Shown here one piece after another: positions 55,694-64,000 of a DNA stretch of 64,000 nt. The first letter of the stretch is position 1, and each line of letters opens with the position of its first letter. The stretch spans positions 9,119 to 73,118 of the forward strand of contig CBFGJX010000012.1 of assembly GCA_965649225.1 (NCBI GenBank), read 5' to 3'. The position numbers and the translations under genes were made by a program. The stretch is from a candidate division WOR-3 bacterium. GTDB taxonomy: Bacteria; Hydrothermota; Tepidihabitantia; Tepidihabitantales; Tepidihabitantaceae. The notes under the pieces are model-generated. The model saw only the letters and a list, made by a program, of their open reading frames with translations. It made no database searches and had not been told where the DNA came from.

Positions 55694-58646
55694 CCGACAA
55701 TCCGGTCGCCGGCACAGTTCGTTCCAGCCAGGTCAGCAGAGTGTTGATGTCGCCGGTAAAACTTTCGGTCTTCCCGTCTGGCCGGGTGATGGTGATGCGG
55801 CCGGCGGCGAGTTCGACCCGGGCAATGCCGGCCTGGCGGGCAAGCAACCGCACCCGGGCAACCCGGAACAGGTCGTCGAGCGCCGGTGGCGGCTGACCAA
55901 AACGGTCAGCGAGTTCGGCCCGCAGTTCGGTCAGCTCGCTGTCGGACGCCGCATTCAGCAGCCGGCGGTAGATTGCCACTCGTTCAAAGCTGTCACTGAT
56001 GTAGTCTTCGGGCAAGACGGTGCGCAGATTGAGCTGCAGTTCCGGTTCGGGCGTCACCGTTTCTCCCTTCTGGCGCGCCACCGCTTCGCGCAGCATCCGG
56101 GCGTAGAGGTTGAATCCAATCCGGGCGACGTGGCCGTGCTGTTCAGTGCCGAGCAGATTGCCGACGCCGCGGATTTCCATGTCGCGCAGTGCAAGCCGGT
56201 AGCCGGAGCCGAGCCGGGAGTAGGCGGCCAGCGCCGACAGTCGCTGGCGGGCATCGGCGGTGATGTTGTCGTCGGTCGGCACCAGAAACAGCGCCCAGGC
56301 CTGTTGTTCGGAGCGGCCGACCCGGCCCCGGAGCTGGTGCAGGTCGGCCAATCCAAACCGGTCGGCGCGGTCAACGATGATGGTGTTGACATTGGGCAGA
56401 TCGACGCCGGATTCGATGATGGCGGTGCAGAGCAGGATATCGGCCTTGCCGGCGGCAAACTCGGAATAGATCCGGGCGAGCGCGCGGCCGGAGAGCCGGC
56501 CGTGGGCGGTGAGCAGCCGTGCCTCCGGCACCAGCCGGGTGAGGCGTTGACTGACGCGGTCGAGGTCGCGGATTTCGTTGTGGACAAAGAAAACCTGACC
56601 ACCCCGGTTCAGCTCGCGGTGGATATAGTCACGAATCAGCCCGTCGCTGTCGGGGGCGACCTCGGTGAGAATGTCGCGGCGGCCCGGTGGCGGAGTGTTG
56701 AGCTGGGAAATGTCGCGCAGACCGGCGAGGGCCATGTAGAGTGTGCGCGGGATGGGGGTGGCGGTGAGAGTAAGGACGTCAACCGAGGCGCGCAGGGCCT
56801 TGAACCGTTCCTTCTGGCGAACCCCGAACCGCTGTTCCTCGTCAATGATTACCAGTCCGAGGTCGCGAAAGCGTACCTGCGGGTCGAGCAGTCGGTGGGT
56901 ACCGATGACGATATCAATCGTGCCGTCGGCGAGGCCGCGCAGTGTCGCCTTCTGAGCGTCACTGCCGGCGATGCGGGACAGCAGCGCAACCTGTACCGGC
57001 AGGTCACGCAGCCGGCGGCGAAAGATGCTGTAGTGCTGCCAGCAGAGAATCGTCGTCGGGGCAAGCAGAGCCACCTGACGGGTACCGGCAACCGCCTTGA
57101 CCGCGGCGCGCAGGGCAATTTCGGTCTTGCCGTAGCCGACATCGCCACAGATCAGCCGGTCCATTGGTCGGGCGCGTTCCATGTCGGCACGCACTGCCGC
57201 GAGGGCGGCAAGCTGATCGGGCGTTTCCTCGAACGGAAAGGCGGCAGCCACCGACTCCGACCAGGCATCGTCGGGCGGAAAGGCAATGCCGCCGGCAACC
57301 AAGCGGCGGGCGTAGATGTCAAGCAGTTCGCCGGCGTATTCGGCGCTGGAACGTGCGGCGCGGGCCTTGGCCTGCAGCCAGGCGCGGCCACCCAGCCGGT
57401 CCAGCCGCGGGGAGGCGTCTTCGGCGCCGACATAGCGGTCGAGCAGGCCGATGTTTTCGACCGGGACATAGACCCGGTCGCCGTCAGCATAGCCGACAAC
57501 CAGATAGTCTTTTTCCACGCCGGCGGCGGTTATCCGCCGGGTGCCCTCAAAGCGGCCGATGCCGTAATCGATGTGGACGACGAGGTCACCCGGTCGCAGG
57601 GCAACGAGGTTGTCGAGCGGCAGACCCCGGAAGCGACGCCGGGCGGTGCGGCGCAGCGGCGCGCCATAGAGCTCACGTTCGGTGAGCAGGGTCAACCCGG
57701 ACGGTTCGTGAATGAAACCGCGGCTCAGCGGCGCGGCGGCAAAACTCACCCGCGGGCCGAGCAGACGACGCAGCCGTTCGAGCTGATGATCGGCGGCGCA
57801 GGCAATCAGCCATTCGCCGGCAGCAGCATCAATCTGTGACCGCAGCAGGTTGAGGTTGCCCAGATAAACCGGTGCCGGGCGGAATCCGAGGTCAAGACCA
57901 GCACCGGCGCTGCTTTCAATCACCAGTCGCGGCGGCAGGGCGGTGCAACCGGCGTCAGCGATGACAAAAGCATCAGCCGGAATGACTGCGGCAAGTGGAT
58001 GGTCGGCGCGGGCCGGCGGCCGGCGGTCGGTGACTTCGGCCCGGGTCAGCGCTGCCGTCGAGCGCTGGGTGAGCGGTTCGAAGCTGCGCAGCGATTCAAC
58101 CGCCTCCGGGCCGAATTCAATCCGCAGCGGCAATTCGGCGGTGTCGGGAAACAGGTCAACAATGCCGCCGCGGGCAGCATATTCGCCCGGCTCGGCGACG
58201 AGGTCAGTCCGTTCCCAGCCGTGGCCCTCGAGCCACTGGACAAGCTCGGCTGGCTGCAGCCGGGTACCAACCGTCAGCGTCAGTGCCGCCGGGGCAGCGG
58301 CGATGACCGGTGCCGGGCCGTGCAGTTGTTCGTCGGTGACCGCAAGTACTGCCGGTCGGGCGGCAATCACTGCTGCCAGCCGGGCGGCGGCGTCAGGTGC
58401 CCCGGGAGAAAAACAGAGTGTGTTGATGCCGGGGTTGAGCACGGCGATGTCGGCAGCAAGCGCCAGCGCGTCGGCTTCGCGCTCTGAAACGGCAACCACC
58501 AGTCCGGCACTGTGCCGGGCAACGGCAGCACAGAGCAGCGCGCGGGCGGCGCCGGCGACACCGGTAATCCGGGCCGGTGGTGCGGTCGGGTCGAAAGCCA
58601 GATTTTCGAGCGGAATCAGCCGGGCGAGAGCGGCGAGGTCAGGCAT
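55680..58646 (-). CDS. mfd: Transcription-repair coupling factor
   Basis: RGGIVD, RID (VVH..YGIG), CGDVGYGKTE, DEEQRFG, TATPIPRTL, QLRGRVGR, TRCF domain; start ATG 58646. Confidence 0.94.
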   Translation of the reverse strand: MPDLAALARLIPLENLAFDPTAPPARITGVAGAARALLCAAVARHSAGLVVAVSEREADALALAADIAVLNPGINTLCFSPGAPDAAARLAAVIAARPAVLAVTDEQLHGPAPVIAAAPAALTLTVGTRLQPAELVQWLEGHGWERTDLVAEPGEYAARGGIVDLFPDTAELPLRIEFGPEAVESLRSFEPLTQRSTAALTRAEVTDRRPPARADHPLAAVIPADAFVIADAGCTALPPRLVIESSAGAGLDLGFRPAPVYLGNLNLLRSQIDAAAGEWLIACAADHQLERLRRLLGPRVSFAAAPLSRGFIHEPSGLTLLTERELYGAPLRRTARRRFRGLPLDNLVALRPGDLVVHIDYGIGRFEGTRRITAAGVEKDYLVVGYADGDRVYVPVENIGLLDRYVGAEDASPRLDRLGGRAWLQAKARAARSSAEYAGELLDIYARRLVAGGIAFPPDDAWSESVAAAFPFEETPDQLAALAAVRADMERARPMDRLICGDVGYGKTEIALRAAVKAVAGTRQVALLAPTTILCWQHYSIFRRRLRDLPVQVALLSRIAGSDAQKATLRGLADGTIDIVIGTHRLLDPQVRFRDLGLVIIDEEQRFGVRQKERFKALRASVDVLTLTATPIPRTLYMALAGLRDISQLNTPPPGRRDILTEVAPDSDGLIRDYIHRELNRGGQVFFVHNEIRDLDRVSQRLTRLVPEARLLTAHGRLSGRALARIYSEFAAGKADILLCTAIIESGVDLPNVNTIIVDRADRFGLADLHQLRGRVGRSEQQAWALFLVPTDDNITADARQRLSALAAYSRLGSGYRLALRDMEIRGVGNLLGTEQHGHVARIGFNLYARMLREAVARQKGETVTPEPELQLNLRTVLPEDYISDSFERVAIYRRLLNAASDSELTELRAELADRFGQPPPALDDLFRVARVRLLARQAGIARVELAAGRITITRPDGKTESFTGDINTLLTWLERTVPATGLSARGS

Positions 58647-58650
58647 GAAA

Positions 58651-58695
58651 CGCAAAGGGGGCGAAACGCCCCCCTGCGCAGCCCGAAACGGGCTG
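58651..58695 (-). terminator. Two tandem hairpins after the small basic peptide gene
   Basis: CAGCCCG-TTT-CGGGCTG, then GGGGGCG-TTT-CGCCCCC followed by TTT. Confidence 0.65.
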
Positions 58696-58791
58696 TTACT
58701 TTTTCTTGGCGACTTTCTTCGCCTTCTTGGCCGGAGCCTTCTTGACTGCTTTCTTTGCAGTCGCCTTGACTCCACGTTTCATGCAAGCCAT
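58696..58791 (-). CDS. 31-aa Lys/Ala-rich histone H1-like peptide
   Basis: MACMKRGVKATAKKAVKKAPAKKAKKVAKKK; AAAGGAGG SD; own promoter and 3' hairpins. Confidence 0.8.
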   Translation of the reverse strand: MACMKRGVKATAKKAVKKAPAKKAKKVAKKK

Positions 58792-58813
58792 CGAACCTCC
58801 TTTGTTACGGGTC

Positions 58814-58841
58814 ATCATAGTGTTTCGTTGCCGGCTGTCAA
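58814..58841 (-). promoter_or_regulatory. sigma70 promoter of the small basic peptide gene
   Basis: TTGACA-N16-TATGAT; the -35 box contains the yfhO-like stop codon. Confidence 0.75.
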
Positions 58842-61315
58842 GCCGGAAGTTGTGTTCCGGCGATGCGTCGGCGTCGGCGTGGCGACAGCGACAACAGCAG
58901 CACGACGATGACGATTGCTGCGGCGACGAGCGAAATCGTGCTGCCCAGACGCCAGCTCGGCGAGCGGTAGCGGAAGACGACTTCGTGTTGACCGGGTTCG
59001 AGCCGCACCGCCCGCAGGGTGTGAAAAGCCCGCAGCACCGGCGTCGGACGACCGTCAACCTCGGCCCGCCAGTCGGGATGCCAGTTCTCGGCCAGCACCA
59101 AAAGCGCCGGTGTTGCCGTGGTGGCCTTGACTGCTATTCGGTTCGGGTCGTAGTCGGTGACGGTGGCGCTGCCGGGGACGCTTTCGGCAACGGGCGGCAG
59201 GCCGGCATCGTCGTAGAGCAGGGCGGTGCGGTCGGGCCGGAACAGCGGGTCGGCCAGCCGGGCCAGCAGGGCGGTCTTGTCGGGCAGTTTTTCGGCCGCA
59301 CCAACCAGAAATGCCCGGGGCAGTGCGGCAAGATTCTCATACACCGCGTACTGCCGGCCGGCAAAAGCCAGCCGGAACCAGGGTCGGTCGAAGAAGGCGC
59401 GCAGCTGGCCGATGACTTGCCGGCTGCGCTCATCGTAGCGGGAGTCGTCGTCGGGCAGCGGCACGCTGATGATGTAACGGATGCCGAGCAGGTTCATGAA
59501 GTTGGGGTTGGTGAGATTGCCGGCGGCAAACATCACGCTGGTGCCGGCGCCGGTGAAGTCCTGATACGACTGCAACGGGTTGGGCATCTGGCCGCCGGCG
59601 TTCTGCAGTCCGGCGCCCATCAACCGACCGTCGTCAGAACGGTCGTAGTAAAGCGGCAGCACGCGCCAGAGCCCGGGCTGGTTTCTGAGAAAACTGATCG
59701 CCTCGTCGTCGGCGAAATACTCTCGCGGCGGCGGGACACCGCGGATGTAGCCGCGGCTTTCGTTCCAGAGATCGAGCGACAGGCCGATGTCAAGCGTCAA
59801 TAGCAGTGCCGCGGCCAGGCCGGCGGTGAGCAGGCCGATGCGGCGGTTGAACACCAGCCAGATCAGGCCGGCACCGAGCAGCGCAAACAGCGTTGCCAGA
59901 GCGAAACCGTCGACCATTGCGGGCCAGTTCTGGCTGAGTGCGGCGGATTTCTGTTCCAGCGCCAGCGTCGCTGAACGCAGCAGCGACTCCAGCGGGCCGC
60001 GCAGCACGGCGGTGAGGATAAACAGTGCGGCGGGTACCGCCGCGGCGATGAAAGCGGTGCGGAGCGTGCGGCGGCGTTCCGGGTCCTTGTGAGCCTGAAT
60101 CAGCCAGTCGAACCCCAGTCCGGCCAGTACCGCCAGCGAGAAAGCGGCGACAAAGAAAATCATCGCCGGTCCCCGGAACTTGCTGATGCCGGGAAAGAGA
60201 TAATAGGGAATGTAGTAGAGCGGCGTGTAGCCGCCCCAGGCCATTACCGTTGCGCCGGCAAAGGTCAGAGTGAAAAAGCGGGTTGAGCGGTCACGCCAGC
60301 GGCAGAAGACGGCGATTGCTGCCAGCAGCAGCGGCAGAATGCCGAGATACTCGCTGTGCAGTTTGAACGGGTTGCGGCTCCAGTAGGCGCCGAGGCCGCC
60401 GGAAAAACGGGGGGTGATGAGGTCGAAGGTTTCGACAACCGGCATTGACCACGAGGTTGCGTATTCCCAGCCGCGTTCGGCGCCGCGGGCGGCGTAGGGC
60501 ATGTTGGCCCAGATGGGCAGATACTGGGCGGCGGCGAGTGCACCGGCAATCACCATGCCGGCGCCAAAGAAAAGACAGAGCCGGATTGCCAGTCCGATCG
60601 AGCGCTGCCGGCGCAGCTCGACAAAAAGCAGGAAGAGAAAGTAGGCGACGAGCACCAGCCCGGTGTAATAGACTTTCTGGATGTGGCCGGAAAGCAGTTG
60701 CAGTGCGACGACGACGCCGCTGAGCAGAAAGTGAATCAGCCGGCGCTCGGTCATGCCGCGGTGGAGAAAATACAGTGCCAGTGGCAGCAGCGCCGAGCCG
60801 ATCAGCCGGCCATCGTGACCGGCGTAGGTGAGCGTGAGCAGGCTGCCGGCAAACATGTAGGCGATGCCACCGATGGCGGCAGGGATGATGGCGGCCTTGA
60901 GCTGACGCAGAAACAGGTAAGTTCCCAGCCCGGCCACTGCGACATGCAGGGCAAAAGTCCAGCTCCAGACGACGTGGACCGGCAGCACCAGCCGCAGTAG
61001 GGCGGTGGGATAAAGCAGGTCGCCGAAAAATGCTGCCAGAGTCGGCTGGCCGGAAAGAATCCCGGGCATCCAGAAAGCGATTGTGCCGCGGGCGGCGATA
61101 TAGCGGGCCATGAACTCACGCATCTGGTAGCCGCCGGCACCGAGCCAGTCGGTACCGAACAGCATCCGGCCGCCGAAAAGATAGCGACCGTAGAACACCA
61201 GCGGCAGCAGAAAGAAGGCGGCGACGACGATACGGTGCAGGACCGCATCGGTGATGGGCGGAACCGGAGCAGCCGGAACGGTCCGGCCGACACGGGCAGC
61301 GGATTTGTTTTTCAT
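58838..61315 (-). CDS. YfhO-family polytopic membrane protein (GT-C-like)
   Basis: FWMP....GQP..A...LYP, many TM helices, YLGILP, C-terminal LPRAF...ENWHPDW.A.VDG...GQH.V.F.Y; start ATG 61315. Confidence 0.85.
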   Translation of the reverse strand: MKNKSAARVGRTVPAAPVPPITDAVLHRIVVAAFFLLPLVFYGRYLFGGRMLFGTDWLGAGGYQMREFMARYIAARGTIAFWMPGILSGQPTLAAFFGDLLYPTALLRLVLPVHVVWSWTFALHVAVAGLGTYLFLRQLKAAIIPAAIGGIAYMFAGSLLTLTYAGHDGRLIGSALLPLALYFLHRGMTERRLIHFLLSGVVVALQLLSGHIQKVYYTGLVLVAYFLFLLFVELRRQRSIGLAIRLCLFFGAGMVIAGALAAAQYLPIWANMPYAARGAERGWEYATSWSMPVVETFDLITPRFSGGLGAYWSRNPFKLHSEYLGILPLLLAAIAVFCRWRDRSTRFFTLTFAGATVMAWGGYTPLYYIPYYLFPGISKFRGPAMIFFVAAFSLAVLAGLGFDWLIQAHKDPERRRTLRTAFIAAAVPAALFILTAVLRGPLESLLRSATLALEQKSAALSQNWPAMVDGFALATLFALLGAGLIWLVFNRRIGLLTAGLAAALLLTLDIGLSLDLWNESRGYIRGVPPPREYFADDEAISFLRNQPGLWRVLPLYYDRSDDGRLMGAGLQNAGGQMPNPLQSYQDFTGAGTSVMFAAGNLTNPNFMNLLGIRYIISVPLPDDDSRYDERSRQVIGQLRAFFDRPWFRLAFAGRQYAVYENLAALPRAFLVGAAEKLPDKTALLARLADPLFRPDRTALLYDDAGLPPVAESVPGSATVTDYDPNRIAVKATTATPALLVLAENWHPDWRAEVDGRPTPVLRAFHTLRAVRLEPGQHEVVFRYRSPSWRLGSTISLVAAAIVIVVLLLSLSPRRRRRIAGTQLPA

Positions 61316-62271
61316 CTTGTTGCCTCCGGAGTGCGACGGCGGACAAACAGGGCGAAAAAGACCGCGGTGAGTCCTTCGCCGATGGTTATCCAGAGCCGCG
61401 AAAGCAGGGCGGCGATGATTGCTACCGGGCCGGGCAGAATCAGCTTGAGGGCAAAGGTGAAGATACCTTCTCGGATGCCCAGCCCGGCCGGGCTGACCAG
61501 CACCAGAAATCCGAGAATCCAGGAAAGCGCATAACCGCCGACCAGCATCGGCAGTTTGTCCAGCGCCAGTGGATAGAACGAATTGACCAGAGCAAAACAG
61601 CCGATGCCCTGAGCCAGCCACATCGCGACATAAAGCCCGAGAATGGCAAGGATGCGGCCGGCACTGAGCCGGATGTCAAAAACCGGCTGGCGCAGGCGAC
61701 GCAGCAGAAATCCGATCAGCCGGTTCAGGACCGGCGGCCAGAGCAGCACCAGGCACACCGGCACCAACAAAAACGCCAGATAGGCCCGGCCGGGAATGCC
61801 GGCAACCGGCAGCAGCAGCACTGCCAGGGCAAACAACAGTGCCGCCGCCAGCAGTGCAAAACCGGTTTCAATCAGCGCCGAGACCGCAGTCTTGGCTTCC
61901 GGAATGCCGAGGCGCCGGGCCAGATAGATTCGGCCCAGGGCATACCAGACCTTGCCCGGAACGTACTTGCCCATCTGGGATACCGCGAGGATGGATATCG
62001 CCTGCCAGGTTGAAATCCGTTCGCCCATACCGGCGAGAATCACCTTCCAGGTGAAGCCGTAGAGCGGAATGTAGGCAAAGAATATCAGCGCAAAGGCCAG
62101 CACCACCATCGGGATCGAAAACCGCAGTTCCGACCAGGGAATCTTGTCCCAGTCGCGCACCAGCCGGCTGATGAGGAAATAGAAAGTGGCAACAACGACG
62201 GCAACTCCGACCGTGTTGCGCAGCCAGCCGGGCAGCAGTCGCCGGCGGGACTCGGCGGGAGCGGCGGACAT
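61312..62271 (-). CDS. Lysylphosphatidylglycerol-synthase-TM/flippase-like membrane protein
   Basis: About 8 TM helices, GKYVPGKVW, SPAGLGIRE, RLW. Confidence 0.82.
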   Translation of the reverse strand: MSAAPAESRRRLLPGWLRNTVGVAVVVATFYFLISRLVRDWDKIPWSELRFSIPMVVLAFALIFFAYIPLYGFTWKVILAGMGERISTWQAISILAVSQMGKYVPGKVWYALGRIYLARRLGIPEAKTAVSALIETGFALLAAALLFALAVLLLPVAGIPGRAYLAFLLVPVCLVLLWPPVLNRLIGFLLRRLRQPVFDIRLSAGRILAILGLYVAMWLAQGIGCFALVNSFYPLALDKLPMLVGGYALSWILGFLVLVSPAGLGIREGIFTFALKLILPGPVAIIAALLSRLWITIGEGLTAVFFALFVRRRTPEATR

Positions 62272-63383
62272 CAGCCGGAAGGGGAACGGCCGGCGAGCAG
62301 CGTGCGGTAGATTTCCAGATGCCGGTCGGCGAGGCGGGCGGCGCTCCAGTTGGCCTCGACGCGCTCCCGGGCCCGGCGACCCATTGCCGCCCGGTCCCGG
62401 CCAAGCAGCAGCAGCACCTTGGCGGCGATGTCGCGCGGGTTGGCCGGTTCAAAAAGCGCACCGACCTCGTCGTCAATGATTTCAGGCAGCCCGCCGACAT
62501 TCGATGCGGCCACCACCCGTTCGCAGGCCATCGATTCCAGGGCGGCGATTGAAGTTGCCTCCATCAGTGAAGGGATGATGACGACATCGGCCGAAGACAG
62601 AATGCCGGGCATTGAATCGTGGCTCTGGCCGCCGAGAAAAGTTACCGAATCGGCAACACCGAGACTGCGGGCCAGTTCGGCCAGTTCGGCCTGCAGCGGG
62701 CCGGGACCGGCAAGGTAGAGATGGGCGGGAACGGTCTGTTGAATCAGCGGCAGGGCCTCGATTGCGTAGCGGACGCCGTTTTTCTCCACCAGCCGGCGCG
62801 GGCACACCAGGATTGTTTTGCCGGGATTGGCAAGCGTCGGGTTCACCCGACGGAACACGCGGGTGTTGACCGAGTTGACATAGCATTCAACCTGGCGACC
62901 GGGCAATACCGACTGTACCGCGGCGGTCAGTTCACCGCTGGCGGCCAGCATGTAATCGGCGGGCCGGAACAACCAGCGAAACGCCGGGCCGAGGATTTTC
63001 TTCGGTGCCAGTTTGAGAAAGTGCGATGAATGAATCGTGATAACATCGGGCAGACCGAGCCGCTGTTTGGCAAACCGTGTCGCCAGCGCACTGGCCAGGT
63101 CCTGAGCATGGGCAATGTCGCAATCGCGGGCCATTTCCAGAAACGGGCCGACCGAGAAAACGCCAAAAAGAAACCAGCCCAGCCGGTGCCGGCCGTACCA
63201 GCGCACCCGCCGGACCTTCACCCCGCGGATGGTTTCCTCTTCGGCCAAGCCGGGCAGTGAGCGGGCACAGAGAATTCGCACCTCGTGCCCGCGTTCGACA
63301 AACTCCTCGGCGATGTCCTTGATGTGACTTTCCATACCGCCCACTTCCGGATGATAGTAGACGGCGTGGATGGCGATTTTCAT
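62271..63383 (-). CDS. Family 4 glycosyltransferase
   Basis: YHPEVGGMESH, RRLVEKNG, PSLMEATSIAALESMAC, VGGLPEI. Confidence 0.9.
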   Translation of the reverse strand: MKIAIHAVYYHPEVGGMESHIKDIAEEFVERGHEVRILCARSLPGLAEEETIRGVKVRRVRWYGRHRLGWFLFGVFSVGPFLEMARDCDIAHAQDLASALATRFAKQRLGLPDVITIHSSHFLKLAPKKILGPAFRWLFRPADYMLAASGELTAAVQSVLPGRQVECYVNSVNTRVFRRVNPTLANPGKTILVCPRRLVEKNGVRYAIEALPLIQQTVPAHLYLAGPGPLQAELAELARSLGVADSVTFLGGQSHDSMPGILSSADVVIIPSLMEATSIAALESMACERVVAASNVGGLPEIIDDEVGALFEPANPRDIAAKVLLLLGRDRAAMGRRARERVEANWSAARLADRHLEIYRTLLAGRSPSG

Positions 63384-63431
63384 CGGCACCTGCCCGGGTG
63401 CGGTCGGCGGCAGTCGGCCGAAGCCGGCGTG

Positions 63432-63689
63432 CTACTGTTTCTCGGCCTGCCGGACAGCGGTCTGCGACTTGAGGCGGTTGGCCTTGTTACGGGCGATGAT
63501 GCCGCGGCGGGCCGCACGGTCAAGCAGCGACTGCAGCCGGGGCAACAGCCGCGCGGCCTCGGTCTTGTCCTTGGCCGCGGCAAACTCTTTCAGGGCCTTT
63601 TTCAGAGCGAGCTTGCGTTCGCGGTTCTTCAGGCGCCGGCGCTCGCTCTTGCGTGCCTGCCGCTGGGCGGAAAGGGTTCGTTTTGCCAA
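63432..63689 (-). CDS. rpsT: 30S ribosomal protein S20
   Basis: TTG start after GGAGG SD; SA..R..N...K...LDRAARRGII.RNKANR.KS. Confidence 0.93.
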   Translation of the reverse strand: MAKRTLSAQRQARKSERRRLKNRERKLALKKALKEFAAAKDKTEAARLLPRLQSLLDRAARRGIIARNKANRLKSQTAVRQAEKQ

Positions 63690-63714
63690 TACTCCTCCGA
63701 AATAAGCAACAGAA

Positions 63715-63787
63715 TGCCGGGACACAGAATCGAACTGTGGACACCGGGATTTTCAGTCCCGTGCTCTACCAACTGAGCTATCCCGGC
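63715..63787 (-). tRNA. tRNA-Phe (GAA), CCA end not encoded
   Basis: GCCGGGATAGCTCAGTTGGTAGAGC-ACGGGA-CTGAAAA-TCCCG...GTTCGATT...CCCGGCA cloverleaf. Confidence 0.97.
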
Positions 63788-63797
63788 AGGCGTGCCC

Positions 63798-63825
63798 ATT
63801 CTAGAAGGCAGTTCGGCGTTGTCAA
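63798..63825 (-). promoter_or_regulatory. sigma70 promoter of the tRNA-Phe-rpsT operon
   Basis: TTGACA-N16-TAGAAT. Confidence 0.75.
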
Positions 63826-64000
63826 CTCTCCGCTAGTCGGCGGTGTTCACCGACCGGCCTGACTTTGCGTCCACTGCCGCCCTGGAGGCGGTCGGGAGAC
63901 GGTCTCAAACCGGCCGGTTTTCAGCAATCACAATCCCGGGCCGGGCGCTAACTGATTGCCCGGCTAGAGGCTTGCCCGGCCGGTTGCGCCGAGAGGCCAA

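Noticed and set aside
1..64000. CRISPR arrays, IS elements, integrases, prophage or defence genes; selenocysteine read-through in redox proteins
   Set aside because: No spaced direct-repeat array, transposase or integrase motif seen; the redox motifs use ordinary Cys codons

Overview
A gene-dense, GC-rich, 64-kb stretch of bacterial core genome with no recognisable mobile elements, prophage or CRISPR array. Lipoproteins, a Tol-Pal cluster and a protein with a T9SS/FlgD-type C-terminal domain point to a diderm; an FCB-associated lineage such as WOR-3 is an inference. Main loci: ymdB-rny-6S RNA-zapA-zapB, preceded by three paralogous surface lipoproteins; ftsK/cca; rpsR-rplI-tyrS; an ECF sigma/anti-sigma module; grpE-dnaK-dnaJ-rsmE-rpsU-mutS2-dnaG-rpoD...hflX; rho-rpmE-prfB (+1 frameshift); pal-pal-cpoB-tolQRA; dnaE; lemA-htpX; crt-thiolase-tsaE; mfd; and tRNA-Phe-rpsT-GT4-flippase-YfhO. 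Most notable observations: (1) sigma70-type promoters mostly have a 16-bp spacer (14 of the 18 I read by eye), several drive leaderless mRNAs, and RpoD carries an AT-hook-like motif. (2) An unannotated 31-aa histone-H1-like peptide gene has its own promoter, SD and downstream hairpins. (3) An M1-peptidase homologue lacks its zinc ligands, carries a beta-barrel-like C-terminus and seems to need a non-canonical start codon. (4) Three FN3+HmuY-like lipoproteins lie in tandem. (5) PigA-like GT4s, a PIP-synthase-like enzyme, a flippase and a GT-C suggest an inositol-glycolipid pathway. All assignments come from motif recognition, not database searches.
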